From contig OX597822.1 of the NCBI GenBank assembly GCA_951406725.2, positions 67,146,001 through 67,210,000 on the forward strand: a stretch of DNA of 64,000 nt. The letters run 5' to 3'. Below are positions 40,950 to 55,565 of this stretch, one piece after another. Below the pieces are notes generated by a model, which ran no database searches, was not told the DNA's origin, and worked only from the letters and a program-made list of their open reading frames with translations. Numbering within the stretch: the first letter of the stretch is position 1; each line of letters begins with the position of its first letter. The position numbers and the translations under genes are program-made. The DNA comes from Octopus vulgaris. Lineage: Eukaryota.

Positions 40950-42411
40950 TTATGTGCATCGTTCCCACCTTACAATTTGTACTACATTTTATGAATAATG
41001 AATGCAAATCCGACAACTGCGGGATTTGAACTTAAAGCCGAATGACACGGAGAAAATAGTGTTAGGTAATTTTGTTCGATACATTTGTTTCTGACTCAAA
41101 CGCAAGACTGTGTCATTGTGATGAAAGAAATTTGTTTACAGACGAAATTCTGTTGATTATGATTTGAAAGAAAAGAAAAGCTTAAGAGGGATTATAGTTA
41201 TGATGGCAATCATGATCATGAAGATGGATGAGTGTAGAAGAAGAGGATCAAGAATAAGAGGACAAGAAAAGGAGTCGGAAGAGGGAGAAAAGGAGGAGGA
41301 TAGGGAAGAAGGATTAGAATGAGATGCAGAACATAGGATGGAGATGAAGTGAAAGTTGCAGACGGTAGACAAAGGATTTCTTGAGGATTTCGAACTACGT
41401 GCGTTTGCACATATTGTACACGTGTACGTGGAGAAAAATCGAAAGGTACAAAAAAATTAATATGAAGGATATAATATTGTCCAGAATGTTCTTTTTTTTC
41501 CCGTGAGTTTATAGCATCAGCTGGATGTTTTCCCTTCATGCAATCACAATATCTCGTAAACGAACGGCGTTAGGTACACATCTTGATATTTGCGTTTACG
41601 TTGCATACTTAGAATTGATACCGTTACACTGTTAGACCCCATAAATTTTTAAATGCAAATACAGATATATATATGCACTGACTGCAGAATTTAATGCACA
41701 TTTACACACACACCTAAAACAGATATCTAAAAAATTTTTAAATATATATATTCCAGTCACTTCTGATTAATCGTATGAAACGCTCATAAAAATATAAAAA
41801 CTCGTATCGAGAAATATATTTTCTTTTTAGTTCGACGCTTATTTTTCGTTGGATATATTTTTCTTTCTTTTCAGTACTTGCTTCCCTTTCTGTGAATTTA
41901 TCTTATCTCAACTAGTAAAGAAATTGACTTCCTCATCACTATAAAACAGGATCATCTTAAAAACTAATTGTCAGACCTCAAAAAATATTAATGTTCTCAC
42001 ATGATACACTTTCTCAAATCGTACAACTTACAGTATCTATTCTCTGTAATTATGTAATATCTTTTAGTTGTTCTTTGATTTCTTAAAGGAAAAATATACC
42101 TTAAAAATTAACTTTCCTTATGTCTTGTAGGGATATATTGCTATATATAATTTTCTACAAGATTTTCCTTTATATTTTCTGATTTATTTCTGTCCCAAAC
42201 GACTTTTATCTCTTATGTTATTTTGCTTTTCTTGTAAACTTATCAGTTAATATCTGAGATAAATGTATTTCGCTATCTACTTTCTGAAGCTTTTCATCTA
42301 CCATTTATCTTTATTTCATACTAGGTTTTCATAAAAATCATACAGCAGTTATATTTATTTTGGCTATCTTTATAAATCTTTTTCCCCTTCTTCTCTTTCT
42401 CCTTAAATACA

Positions 42412-42442
42412 TCACACACACACACATATACATATATATATA

Positions 42443-42491
<49 letters not shown>

Positions 42492-42541
42492 CATATATAC
42501 ATATAAACATACATATATATAATACATACATATATATACAT

Positions 42542-42608
<67 letters not shown>

Positions 42609-42665
42609 CATATATACATATAAACATACATATATATATACATACATATATATATATATACATAT

Positions 42666-42731
<66 letters not shown>

Positions 42732-42876
42732 ATATATATATATATGTATATATGTATATATGTATATATGTATATATGTATATATGTATATATATACATA
42801 TATACATACATATATATATATGTATATATGTATATATGTATATATATACATACATATATATATATGTGTATGTATG

Positions 42877-42924
<48 letters not shown>

Positions 42925-43016
42925 TGTATGTATATATATACATATACGTATCATAAATATAATCGTATATGTACATATATTTGTATACGATAGTTATGTG
43001 TATGTACGAGTATATA

Positions 43017-43054
<38 letters not shown>

Positions 43055-43128
43055 TGTAATGAACAACAACAAAGAATAAAGCTATATTTAACTATTTGTT
43101 ATGTTTTATTTTATTACTATCATTAATA

Positions 43129-43195
<67 letters not shown>

Positions 43196-43649
43196 ATCTA
43201 CAACTATTACGATTACTATTTTGCGAGTTAAGGAAATCTGATAAAGACAAAAATACATCAATATCGGCTTTAATAGTATACGTAGGTCTGTCTTTACAAT
43301 TAGAGTGTTTCGCTTGGATAATATCGCTATACAAATCTAATAATGCTTATTCACTATTATATAAAACAAGAAATTATATAATTCAATACGTATACACTTG
43401 GCAACATAAATGTACACACGAAGCTGCAATATACACACGTAGACAATCGGAGTGTAACAAGATCTGCACAGTCTTAGACTTGAGCGTGCGTGAGTGTGTG
43501 CGTGAGTTTCTGTATGTCAGTGTGTCTGTCTGTGTGTGTGTGTGTGTGTGTGATATGTGTGTGTGTCAGTAAGCGCCGGATGGAGTCTATATATGAGTGT
43601 GCCTTTGTGAGAGTGTACATATATGGATACAAATACATATGTGTGAACT

Positions 43650-43726
<77 letters not shown>

Positions 43727-44057
43727 ATGTATGTATGTATGTATGTATGTATCTATGTATGCATGTATGTATGTATGTATGTATGTATGTATGTGTATGT
43801 ATTTGCATGTATATGAGTGTGGCTGTGTGTATATTTTGTATATACAATAAAAACGCTACGGTCATCAGTGGGGATCGATTTAGTGACGTAAAGGAAGATG
43901 GTATCTCTATAGTTTCCTCTTTTACTCCAAATATAATGAAGAAAGTTTTCGAAAGTGTAATCGATAGAAACAATCGCACACACACACACACCACGCACGC
44001 CACATACACACTACATACACATCACACATACACACACACACACAAACACACACACAC

Positions 44058-44133
<76 letters not shown>

Positions 44134-44380
44134 ATGTATATGTATATGTATGTATGTTTATATATACATATGTATATGTATGTATGTTTGTATATATGTG
44201 TATACATATATGTATATTTATGTGTATATATATATCTATATGTATATATGTTTACATATACGTGTATACATATATGTATATATATGTATATATATGTGTG
44301 TATTTATATATATATATACTTAAGCAGATACGTGTATGTTTGTATGAATATACGTGTGTATAAATATACGTATGTGAAAG
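42412..44380. repeat. Long (TA)/(TG)/(TATG) compound microsatellite fields with short unique spacers
   Basis: Directly visible. Confidence 0.9.
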
Positions 44381-45829
44381 GATTTAACGTGTTTCTGCAT
44401 ACTCTTTTGTAAAATAATACTTTACATACATTCCGATATATGGAAAATAGGTTTTCAAGTCCTATATCTACATATTTCGCAAGTAAACCGCATTGCTTAT
44501 ATAAGCAAATTCAGTCTTTACTGACATGGAACATGATTATAAATATTATATAAACCTGTACATCGTGGAAATTTTATTTCCCATATCCACCTGCGTCAGA
44601 CTTATAATGCAGTACACACATACGCTTTTATATAGAGACATATACACGTGCCTGCAGACACACCTCAACCATTGAAACGCGTTAACAGTTTTGGCTCTCC
44701 TGAAGATCTCACCGTCTTGGAGGAAGTCCAGTCATATTATGCCCATAGTGATCATTTATAAGTTGATAGTGCCACAATATGCCCGAGCTGTCTTTCTTTT
44801 ATATATCTCTTCCCCTATAATAGGTGAATGTCACTACAAATAACTTGATTCCTCTTCACCCATATTTAGTATGGATCTTATTCAAGTGTGAAAAATTAAT
44901 CTTGAATAAATAAGGATTTGTAAATTTAGCAATTGATTTTGTCTACAAAATCTTCCCCTGAGCTTTATTCTTGCATCTATATTTTTATAATCAAAATGTG
45001 CATTTCTAGATTCCATTTATTTCTATGATTCTGTATTTATCTTTCATATTTATCTAAAGTGATCTCCAACTGAAATACGCTCATCGTTTCGGCAGTGCAA
45101 TATATTTTACGGTGATTTCATTTGAGCTGTGTATCATATACTTAGGGTATTATTATTGTTTTAGTTATTATTGCTACGATAAATTTTGTGGACGTCAATG
45201 TATATACTCCAGCAGAAGAATACGTTGCTTTCTGAGTTCAAATTCCGCCATGGTTCCCCTCGATATTTATCCTTTTGTGATCGATAAAATAAAGTACAAG
45301 CTGAGCAATGGGTTCATGTAACCGAATTCACCACCTCCTCCAAAAAATTTCAGGCCTCGCGCCTAGGCACAATAAGCGACGAGCTGGCAGAAATGTTAGC
45401 ACGCCGGGGTACTTTCTTAGCGGATATAACCCATCTTTACGTTCTGAGTGCAAATTCCGCCGGAGTCGACTTTGCCTTTCTCCCTTTCGTGGTTGGTAGA
45501 ACTACAATATGCCCAAGCTGTCTTTCTTTTATGTATCTCTTCCCCTATAATAGGTGAATGTCACTAGAAAAAACTTTATTCGTCTTCACCGTTATTTGGC
45601 ATGGATTTTATAGAAGTTTGACAAATTAATCTTGAATAAATAAAGATTTGTAAATTTAGTAATTTTGTCTACAAAATGTCCCCATGAGCTTTATTCATAC
45701 ATCTATATTTTTATAATAAAAATTCGCATTTCTGGATTCCATTTATTTCTATGAATCTGTATTTACATTTCATATTTAGCTAAAGTGATCTCCAACTAAA
45801 ATACGGTCATCGAACAGCGGATGGCTTTA

Positions 45830-48160
45830 AACAGCAGATAGATTACAATTTACATTGTCTACATTATGAAAATAATCGATAAACAGATTTATAAATATAA
45901 GCTTCCGTGATTGTTGTTTCTAACACCGAGTGGGATTTTTGTCTACACTTTGCTTGGATAATCGCAATCAATCTAAGTATTCAACTCATTGTGTTACGTC
46001 CGAGAGACCCTAATATATTTGTAATTAGTATGCAGAAGGTTCCCCTTGATCATTTGCCATCAGTCATACTGTTAACACTTGAAAACTTCTACTTACTCAG
46101 GGCAGCGCATTTTCAGAGTCACGAGGTACCTAACTCAACTTCAGTTCTTATCCACAGGCAGTCTTGAAGTGAGATAAACATTTTTCAAGCCTGTCATGGT
46201 TTTCAAACACTGACTACGCTTTATGGATGCTGCTAACGTTTCAGTCAATATTTGTCTGTCGTCTAATCTGCATAAAGCAAAGTTAGCTCCTACGAATATT
46301 CTCAGTATTTGTCAGGTGTCAGAAGATAGCTCTCAGCTTCGGAAATATTGCGTCACGGTTACTCACAATTCTCTGTTCCATTTCAGGTTTGAAATCTGTG
46401 ATTGTAATATCATCTGCATTTGTATAAGAAGGGATTTATTCAGTCAGGTTTTGAGAGACAGATGTAAAATATTGATATAATGCTTAGTGGTACAGTGATA
46501 TAAAAAAAGTATAGAGTCAACTTATTGGTTTCTGTTTTTCTTATAAAAATAGACTCTGTTCAAATAATAATAAGGCATTGACTGCAAGCTTTCTGTATTG
46601 TATCCAGGAAGCTATTCTAATTATATTAAAACTTATTTTTACGCTGCAATTTATTAGTCATCTTTATTTTGCTGTTTCCGCACTTAGTGTTTAAATTTTG
46701 GATCTGGTATTTTTTAGCAGTGTAGAGATTCAATATCTTTGTATCATTTTAATAGGAAGTGGTGGAGGGGGATGTGTGTGCATGAGTGTGTGTGTGTGTG
46801 TGTGTGTGTGTATAGAAGGGTCTCAAAAGAAACTGATTGGTTTGAATTTTTTATAACTTCCTTAACCTTACAAATAAATACATCAAATACATATGAAAAA
46901 ATAATATCGCTTAAATGGCAGACATTTTCGGCTTCCTACGCCCGTGCTCTTTCCAAAACGTGCACCATAACACCCTCAATAGTTTCAGACCCCTCTTCTC
47001 TGATTTCTATCAGTTCCAGCAGGGTTTCCTGCTTGTTGACGCAAACGCTCTCTTTCTAGTATCCCCAGAAGAAGAAATCCGGGCTAGTCAAGTCTGGGGA
47101 ACTTGAACGCCATTCAAAGTAGACCTCAGACATGGTTCCAGCATGATGGGGGCAATTGCTCATACCGCAAAAGAAACAATGCAATTGTACGGCAGTGCTT
47201 TAGAGAGAATAATATCCCGCTACAGCAATGTCAATTGGCCTCCACGTTCCCCAGACTTAACTAGCCCGATTTTTGCTTGTGGTGATACCAGAAAGAGAGG
47301 CTTTACGTCAGCAAACAGGAGACCCTGATGCAACTGAAGGAGAACATAAATAGAGAAATCCGAGAAGTGAGGTCTGAAACCCTCGAGTGTATTATGGTGC
47401 ACGTTTTCGTAAGGGATTTGGCGTGTGAAGCCGAAAATGGCTGCCATTTAAGCGATATCATCTTTCCTATGTAATATAGAGGTGTTTCAAAATTTCTTGT
47501 GTGTATATTAATTTCCATTATGTCTTTTGTATTGTATCAACATTTTTTGCATTTATTTGTAAAGTTAAGGAAGTTATTAAAAAGATGAAACCCATCAGTG
47601 ACTTTTGGGACACCTTGTATATTATATGTATATACATACATACAAACATACATACACACATACATAGGTACGTATATACATACATACGTAAGTACGTACG
47701 TAAGTACATATATGCACACACACGCACACATGCATACATACATATAAACATTAAAAATATATAATACATACATAAATACACACATATTTACATACGCACA
47801 TATTTACATACATACACTGCTTGCTACGACACCTAATATAAACGCTACACTCAGGAGTTAAGAAATGAATTAATAACATTACTATCACGAATCTTTGAAA
47901 CAAATAAGGTAAAACTCCAGTCACAACATATATTTTGAGTAAAAAACAAAAAGCCTAACGTAAAAACACAACACGAAAATATAAGCAAACCACAAAGATT
48001 ACCGAGCAGGATACGAATGTTAATTATAGCAAGGCGATTGAAATAAAACGTATTGCTTTCTTCAGGCAATTCTCTGATACAATAGCAATATTATATTGGA
48101 TAGATTTTTCATGAACTTATTTGATGTTGCCGTTAAATTTCCATTAGTCTTGTATTTATT
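45830..48160 (-). mobile_element. Ancient LINE RT remnant interrupted by a Tc1/mariner element and microsatellites
   Basis: Minus-strand traces of LPEE(Q)YxF (~48050), IASWIQYRK (~46600), LLYAD*T (~46265), GLKM..KT (~46180); very degraded. Confidence 0.4.
46813..47618. mobile_element. Tc1/mariner-superfamily deletion derivative with long inverted arms
   Basis: TA-flanked TIRs (CAAGGTGTCCCAAAAGTCACTGAT.. at right, decayed match at left); internal WFQHDGA..WPPRSPDLT..ENG.HL on +; 46900-47100 is an inverted copy of the transposase C-terminus. Confidence 0.85.
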
Positions 48161-48816
48161 ACTTGGTCATTGTTTCGACAGTGCAATATATTTTACGGTG
48201 ATTTCATTTGAGCTGTGTATCATATACTTAGGATATTATTATTATTGTTTTAGTTATTATTGCCATGATAAATTTTGTGGACATCAATCTATATACTCTA
48301 GCAGAAGAATACGTTGGTTTCTGAGTTCAAATTAGGCCATGGTTCCCCTTGATATTTATCCTTTTGTGATCGATGAAATAAAGTACAAGATGAGGAAATG
48401 GGTTCATGTAACCGAACTGACCACCTCCTCCAAAAAATTTCAGGCCCCGCGCCTAGGTAGAATAAGCGACGAGCAGGTAGAAGTGTTAGCACGCCGGGGG
48501 AATTTCTTAGGGGTATTTAACCCGTCTTTACGTTCTGAGTTCAAATTCCGCCGGGATCGAATTTGCTTTTCTCCCTTTCGTCTGTCGATAGAATAATTAG
48601 TCGATTTACCCCTGCCTTGAAATTACTGGCCTTGTGCTAAAATTTCAAGCTATTGTTATAATTATTATCATTTCGGTTTGGCTCAGTTTTAGTCGTGGCA
48701 GGATTTTTGTGGTTTCAGATTACTACCTGTAACCTTATATATCCACAAGATTTCATCAGTCTTTCGAATGCCAAGAACCATCATGATTATCGTTATTATT
48801 GTTATTGTTGTTGTTG

Positions 48817-48850
<34 letters not shown>

Positions 48851-48999
48851 GTTTTTTCTTTCTTTCTTCAAATTTTCTTCCGTTTCTCGCCGTGTATTTT
48901 CCATACACCTAGGGCAGAGAAGCTCATTGTATGCATTCCCAGTTTACACACGCAAATTCACAGATAAAATATGTATTTAAAAATAAATAAATAAATAAT

Positions 49000-49265
49000 T
49001 ACATGGATGGATGTTGTTTTACAGCGATAATGCTCTTCTCAGTACATGAGCCGTTCCAGTTAATACGATTTTTTGCACTTCCTGTAGGGATGGTAAGCCT
49101 GGAATCGTTTTCAAATAGGTTTCAGTACCTTTTTTATAATTCCTAGAGATCCTACAATCACTGGTACTGTAGTCGCCTTGAGATGCCACATATTTTCAAT
49201 TTCTAAGTCTTTATATTTACTAATCTTGTCAAATACTTTCGCCACTATATTGTGATCGCAATACA
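49000..49265 (-). mobile_element. R4/Dong-like RLE 3' fragment
   Basis: CDHNIVAKVFDKISKYKDLEIE.MWHLKATTVPVIVGSLGII..LQEVQKIVLTGTAHVLRRALS; abuts (TTA)n at 49271. Confidence 0.85.
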
Positions 49266-49269
49266 AGGA

Positions 49270-49338
<69 letters not shown>

Positions 49339-49569
49339 TCTATTATGGCGGCGACTTGGCAGGATCGTTAGCACGCCAGGAGAAATGCTTAGCAGTATTT
49401 CGGTTGCTGCTACGTTTTAAGATCAAACTCCGCCGAGGTCGACTTTGCCTTTCATCCTTTCGGGGTCGATTAACTAAAACTAGTGGTCGATGTAATCGAC
49501 TTAACCTCTTCCCCCAAATTTGAGGACTTGTGCTCCCAGTAGAAAGTATTATTATTGTTGTTGTTATTA

Positions 49570-49649
<80 letters not shown>

Positions 49650-49652
<3 letters not shown>

Positions 49653-49777
49653 TAGTTTTATTTTTATAGCGTGCTTTTACTTCACTACCGAGCGCAACTC
49701 TGTGTGCCTTGGGTATGTGCTGTGATTTGTTGTGATGCTCTGATGGTTATTGTATGGAAAGTGTTCTGCGTAGGATT
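49650..49777 (-). mobile_element. Very short RLE 3' end embedded in (TAA)n
   Basis: ILRRTLSIQ* plus a ~100 nt 3' UTR, with TAA/TTA arrays on both sides. Confidence 0.65.
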
Positions 49778-49786
49778 ATTATTATC

Positions 49787-49902
<116 letters not shown>

Positions 49903-50569
49903 CATTATTATTATTAAGGTTGCTAGTTGGCAGGATCGTTAATACGCGGGGGAAAATACTTTACTCCATTTCGTCCGTTTTTCTGTTCTGGGATCAAGTT
50001 CCGCCGAGGTCGACTTTGCCTTTCATCCTTCCGTGAGTCGATAAATTAAGTACCATTTATGCACTGGGGTCGGTGTAATCGACTTACTCCCTCGCCTAAA
50101 ATTGCTGGCCAAGTGCCAATATTTGAAACAATGTAAGCGGCGCGCGAACAGTATCGGTAGCACGCTAGCACAATGCTTATGTTTATTCATTCCTGCTATA
50201 CGTTCTGTCATTAAATACCATCGAGGTCCACACTGTTTTCATCCACTCGGGGTAGATACATTAAAATACCAGTTGAATACTGGTGTTGAAGGAATCGACT
50301 AACACCCTCCCTCTAAAATTGCTGGCTTTGTACCAACATTTGAAACCATTTACGCGGCACGCTACACTATCGTTAGAACGCCGGTTAAATGCTTAGAGAT
50401 AATTTCGTCTGACGTTACGTTTTCGGTTCGAATTCTGTCGATGTTGATTTTGCTATTCATCATTTCGGAGCCGATAACATATCTATTATTTTCATTATCC
50501 TTTATCCTTTACTAGATTTATCTCGAGGACTGCGGCTGTTAGCGTTACTACAACCGTCACTATTTGAAA

Positions 50570-50950
50570 CGTCCTCCGAGACGTGAAATTTAGTGACCCT
50601 CAGTTGCGTTTCTTACTGCGAGGTAGGTTCGTCCGAACTCTTGACTGGAGGAAATCTAGCTTTGTTTTGAAGACACCTCCATGCACATCATTCACGTCTC
50701 TCGGACTTTTTGAGAGGATATTGAAGAGCTGTGGGCCATTGAAACAGAAGCTGTTGCAGTACCTACTCTTGTGTCCTGACAACAATGTCGGGTTCATTGA
50801 CACTATACAGTAGTTCCCAGTTCTGCTGCTTGTGTAACGTTGAATGCCAAAGTTCGGTACATAAACTTCGAGAGTTTTCCACATGTATATTACTGCATAT
50901 TTTCCTGCCTTCGTTGGACATTTTCAAGAATAATGACCGATCGCCTCCTT
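50570..50950 (-). mobile_element. Degraded CR1/L2-group LINE ORF2 C-terminus, relative of 2344-2950
   Basis: MWKTLEVYVPNFGI..YCNSFCFNGPQLFNILSKSPRDV..VFKTKLD. Confidence 0.8.
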
Positions 50951-51205
50951 TCAGAGGGGGAAACATCAAACTGTCTACTGTTAAATAATTATGTCAAAAG
51001 ACATTTTGAGCGGCTTTCGTTAAAACGTGAGCGGACAGGGTTTCGTATCTGGCAAGCTTTGACAGAAGCGAAATACCTCTGACAGCATCCTGTTCAAGTA
51101 AATGTAGCGGATAGCGCGTGGCACTCCCTTCAATAATATTTCTTGAACAATATGTATTAGAGGCTATAACGATGACTCTAAATGAGCTCACACTAAGTGC
51201 TTGCA

Positions 51206-51771
51206 TTGGGTTGTCCAGAAAGTTTGTGCCGATTTATAGTAGCTTATCTTTCGACTTATTTTAGAACACGGTTGAGTCCATAAAATATGATTTGACTACA
51301 CCTCCATTTAGAGCACAGTATAAACTATCTTTTCGTGGAAGAAGATTTATGTTCCTACAACCTGTGTTAATTCTGTAACCTTTAAAATGGAAGATAAGGA
51401 AATTCCTTTTCCGCATTTGATGCTTTGGGAACCAAACAAAAATGCTTCAGCTCGGCTGGGATGTGTTACCCCACCCTCCATATTCACCAGATATATTGCA
51501 CCTTCGGATTTCCACTTATTTAGGTCTCTGCAGAATAGTCTTAATGGTAAAAGATTCAATTCCTTGGATGATGTAAATAGATACTTTGATGAATTCTTTG
51601 CCATGAAACCACCTCAATTCTGGAAAGAGGGTATTTTCAAGTTAAAGGAAAGATGGAGACATATTGTGAAACAAAATGGTTCATATTTGGTTGATAAAAA
51701 ATGTAATGGCAAGTATTTATTGACCTTTTTCTTTCCTTTAAAAATCGGCACGAGCTTTCTGAACAACCCAA
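51206..51771 (+). mobile_element. Internally deleted mariner transposon
   Basis: TIRs TTGGGTTGTCCAGAAAGTTTGTGCCGATTT / AAATCGGCACGAGCTTTCTGAACAACCCAA-TA; transposase N-terminus fused to (P)PYSPDIAPSDFHLFRSLQNSL..GIFKLKERW..NGSY. Confidence 0.92.
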
Positions 51772-52760
51772 TAAAAGAGGGCCTTAAAAAAAAATGCTAT
51801 TTTGCCTTTAACGCATGTAATTAATCGGGACGTTGAGAAGGCTTTTGCTCAAAATAATGTAGGTGTTGTCCCTTTAATGAAGACCGTTTGTGTCTGATGT
51901 TTTATTTATCTATTACGTTTATTTATTTCGCTATTTTATTCTCGCAATGAACGTCACTTCTCTTTATCTTTCGTACGTCTTCAATGCCTTACTTTCAGAA
52001 TCATTATTTTTGTTATTAATATTTTCATCATCATCATCATCATCATCATCATAATCGCAACCACCATCGTCGTTATCATCATCATGATCAGCAACAACAA
52101 CAACATCAACCACAACAACCACAACAACAACATCATTATTTAATGTTATCTTACTGCAGAAGTTTGTTACAAAAGAAATTAGAAAAAGTACTTAGCCAGT
52201 CATCTAAAATGAACAACTCGTTTCGTCTCGTTCTGCTTGATTACGGTTGCCATCGTATCGTTTAAGCCTACAAAATAAAAAGAGCTCATACGAAGAGTCT
52301 AGAATAAAATACAGGAAGTATAAATTTTGTTTATTCACCAAATATCAACAAATTGCATTTTCCGAATAAATTACATAATGAAAAGAGAAATACGTGAACT
52401 TTCATTCTCTATCTCGGTCACTACCTCGCCTCTTTCTCTTTTTCTGCTTTTGTTCTTAATCGCTAACCTCAATTCTGCTTTCATTCCTTAGACCTCCGTC
52501 AATCTTTCTAATTCCTACATCACTCTGTTTCTCAAACAGTCATATTCTTTATATTTACACACATCCGCGCCAGCACACACAAACACAAAACGCACACACA
52601 GATATATGTGTGCCAGCACACACATACAAACAAAACACACACACATATAAATGCGTGCATGTAAACTTACAGACATATATTAGTACATAGATAGGTGTAT
52701 AGATGTATATATGTGTATATATATAATATATATACAGTATACATACATATATATATATAC

Positions 52761-52794
<34 letters not shown>

Positions 52795-52797
52795 TTA

Positions 52798-53016
52798 TAT
52801 CTATAAAATAATGTTACATTACTCGAAAGTCAAGATAAAACTCTGAGTTTCAGATGCCGAAGTGGGAATCCACAACGTCATCTCCTCGGTTATCTGAAAA
52901 CTCAGAGTTTTATCTTGACTATCGAGTAATGTAACATATTATTTATAGATAAATTTCCTCTATTTACATAATATTGAGGTCTCTTTCTTTCTCTTGTTAT
53001 CTTACCGTTTTACCAA
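52798..53016. mobile_element. Inverted Penelope-type mini-insertion in (TA)n
   Basis: Arms 52798-52855 and 52892-52951 are reverse complements; the right arm carries a ~65 nt extension; same architecture as 37196-37516 but unrelated sequence. Confidence 0.75.
52834..52894 (-). ncRNA. Hammerhead-like motif with a CCGAGGA core
   Basis: GATAA-CCGAGGA-GATGACGTTGTGG attc CCACTTCGGCATC-t-GAAA-CTCAGAG-TT-TTATC: 5-bp stem I, long stem II, GUU triplet. Confidence 0.6.
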
Positions 53017-53325
53017 TATATATATATATATATATATATATTGGAAAATTTGTCGGTATGTAGTAGATTTCACCTTTATTAAATTAATTATATTCCACCC
53101 TTTATTGTATATATATATATATATATATCAATGGAATAGGGAGGCAAAGTTGCAGGGACAAATTTTAAATCTTATATTACATAAAGGTGTATATATGTGT
53201 GTGTACATATATACACATATACAAACACACACTATAGGCATCTACGTGTGTGTTTCTATAAACTACGGAACTGCGCATGCGTGAGGGTCTGTACATGTAC
53301 AGATGTAACATATATATACATACAT

Positions 53326-53382
<57 letters not shown>

Positions 53383-53441
53383 AAGATTGGCATATATATA
53401 TATGTATATGTATATAGGTCTCTCTCTATATATATATATAA

Positions 53442-53508
<67 letters not shown>

Positions 53509-54472
53509 TGCGTGTGTGTGTGTCCCTGCGTGTGTGTGTGCTTATGAATGTTTATATGCATTTATATGTATGTATGCGAATATTTCTATCAAGCTAAATA
53601 TACATCTATATTTCTCACCATCTCCTTTCATTTCTAAGAAGAAATCTGTATTTCTTACATTTTATTTCTGTACACAAACATGATACTTCGGTTATCTTTT
53701 TGCAAATAACCACATACGTATATATGATAAAATTTAACATTATATAATATAGTGTAGTATAATATAACTTAAGATATGTATGTATACATACATCAAATAT
53801 ATTAGTCCTTCTGAAAAACCCACTTGTAAAATTGTCTTTACTTTTATTCTGGCTTACTGTGATTGCTTGTTTCTGGTTGTCTTAAGTACCCTTATGCTAA
53901 TATTTCTAAGAGACATCTGAAGCAGTTTTCATTCACTCTATTCTTCAACAGAAAGAACGGACGATAAAAGTGATTTACTGTGTTGTACTAGAAATATATT
54001 CAATGGAATGTTGAATAAACTATTTCGAGATATCTTTAAATATCGATTATTGTTTAAGTTATATTGTCTATCAACTGATTAACTCTGAAATAAAACTACT
54101 TCAAAGGAAGGTTTGTACTAGAACTGCAAGTAAGAATTCTGTTTTACTTTTTTTAATATATAGCTTATTTCAGATTCCATTTAACTGCAATAGAAGAACA
54201 ATTTTAGTAATCGGAGTAAAGCGCTTTCTGAGAATATTTTATTTATGTTGTGATGTCGACGACAGAGTCATACGTGTATGTTTGCTTGTATTTTCGTATA
54301 AAACTTAGCCAATAGTCAATGGGAGATATTAGATTCAAATATATTTTTTAACATTACAGCTATGGCCAAAAAATATTATTAAAAGTTTACAGCTTTACTA
54401 AATAACATTATTATAAATTAACTTTAATAAAAAATAGACATTAATAGACAGACAGACAAACAGACAGGTAGG

Positions 54473-54544
<72 letters not shown>

Positions 54545-54546
<2 letters not shown>

Positions 54547-54972
54547 TGTTTCTTTATTAGCCAAACTGACCTGCACATACATGGGGCAAATTACAAGGTA
54601 GAGCTTTCCTTTTTGGGGATAAAAAAGGGGGTTTGGTTTTCGATCAAAAGGGATCGTAAAGGGAAAGAAAGAGGAAAGCAAAAAAAAGGGGGGGGTAAAA
54701 GGAAAAAGAAAAAAGTAATCAATAAGGATCCTTATCACAGAAATGTCAATATAAAGTGTAAAGGGGAGGACAGGTGAGGTTTACCCGTGGAAAGAAAAGC
54801 CTACGGAAAAGACCATGGTAACCTCGGTCAATGAAGTCACATGTTATTTTTTTTTTCACAAATAAACAACTCTCTGCATTAATTTTTACGGTTCATAGGA
54901 TCATGGTCATTCATACGTGCCATCCTTGCTACATTCACCCATCTTTTTTTTAAACATTCACTAGACAAAACT
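54545..54972 (-). mobile_element. L1/Tx1-like LINE 3' end
   Basis: Minus-strand LSSECLKKRWVNVARMARMND, pyrimidine-rich 3' UTR and AATAAA running into (TATC)n. Confidence 0.55.
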
Positions 54973-55518
54973 TATAGATACTTATAGATAGACAGGCGCA
55001 GGAGTGGCTGTGTGGTAAGTATCTCGCTTCCCATGAAGCTTTGAGATTTTCCATGATTCTTGTTGTCGGTGTGCGCATGTACCATTGTGTTCTGCACTGA
55101 AGAAGTCACCTTTTCGTAAAATATTGAACTTTGAGGCTCGACTACTGGTAGGCGTTTGTTGTATTTATTTGAGGGCTTAGTGGAGTTTGTTGCCCTGTAT
55201 TCAATATTTTTTTTGGTAAGTAACAGTCTCCACTCTGCTCCAGACATTTGCCTGCTTGTGGTCGTGCGAAAAGACTTACTTTGCTATAAGAATTGTGTTT
55301 TTGAGGAGGCGTAACCCCTCCGCAAAAATTAATTTGTTTGCTTGTGTTTTCCACTGGATTTACTACGGAGAACCGAAGTGGGAGGGAATAATTCAGAAAG
55401 AGACCGAGGAAAATCCAAAAGAAAAGGAAGGAAGAAAAAATCGCCAACAATCCACCTGTAGTTACAATTTGGAATGTGTGTATATATATATGAGTATATA
55501 TGTGTGTGTATATGTGTG

Positions 55519-55565
<47 letters not shown>

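Larger units (their letters stand above)
44773..48581 (+). repeat. Local direct duplication A-B-A'-(2.35 kb)-B'
   Basis: A 44773-45088 ~ A' 45503-45812; B 45082-45490 ~ B' 48166-48581. Confidence 0.85.

Noticed and set aside
54972-55480. 91-aa minus-strand ORF as a LINE ORF1 start
   Set aside because: No recognisable motif, and the frame ends inside a SINE A head.
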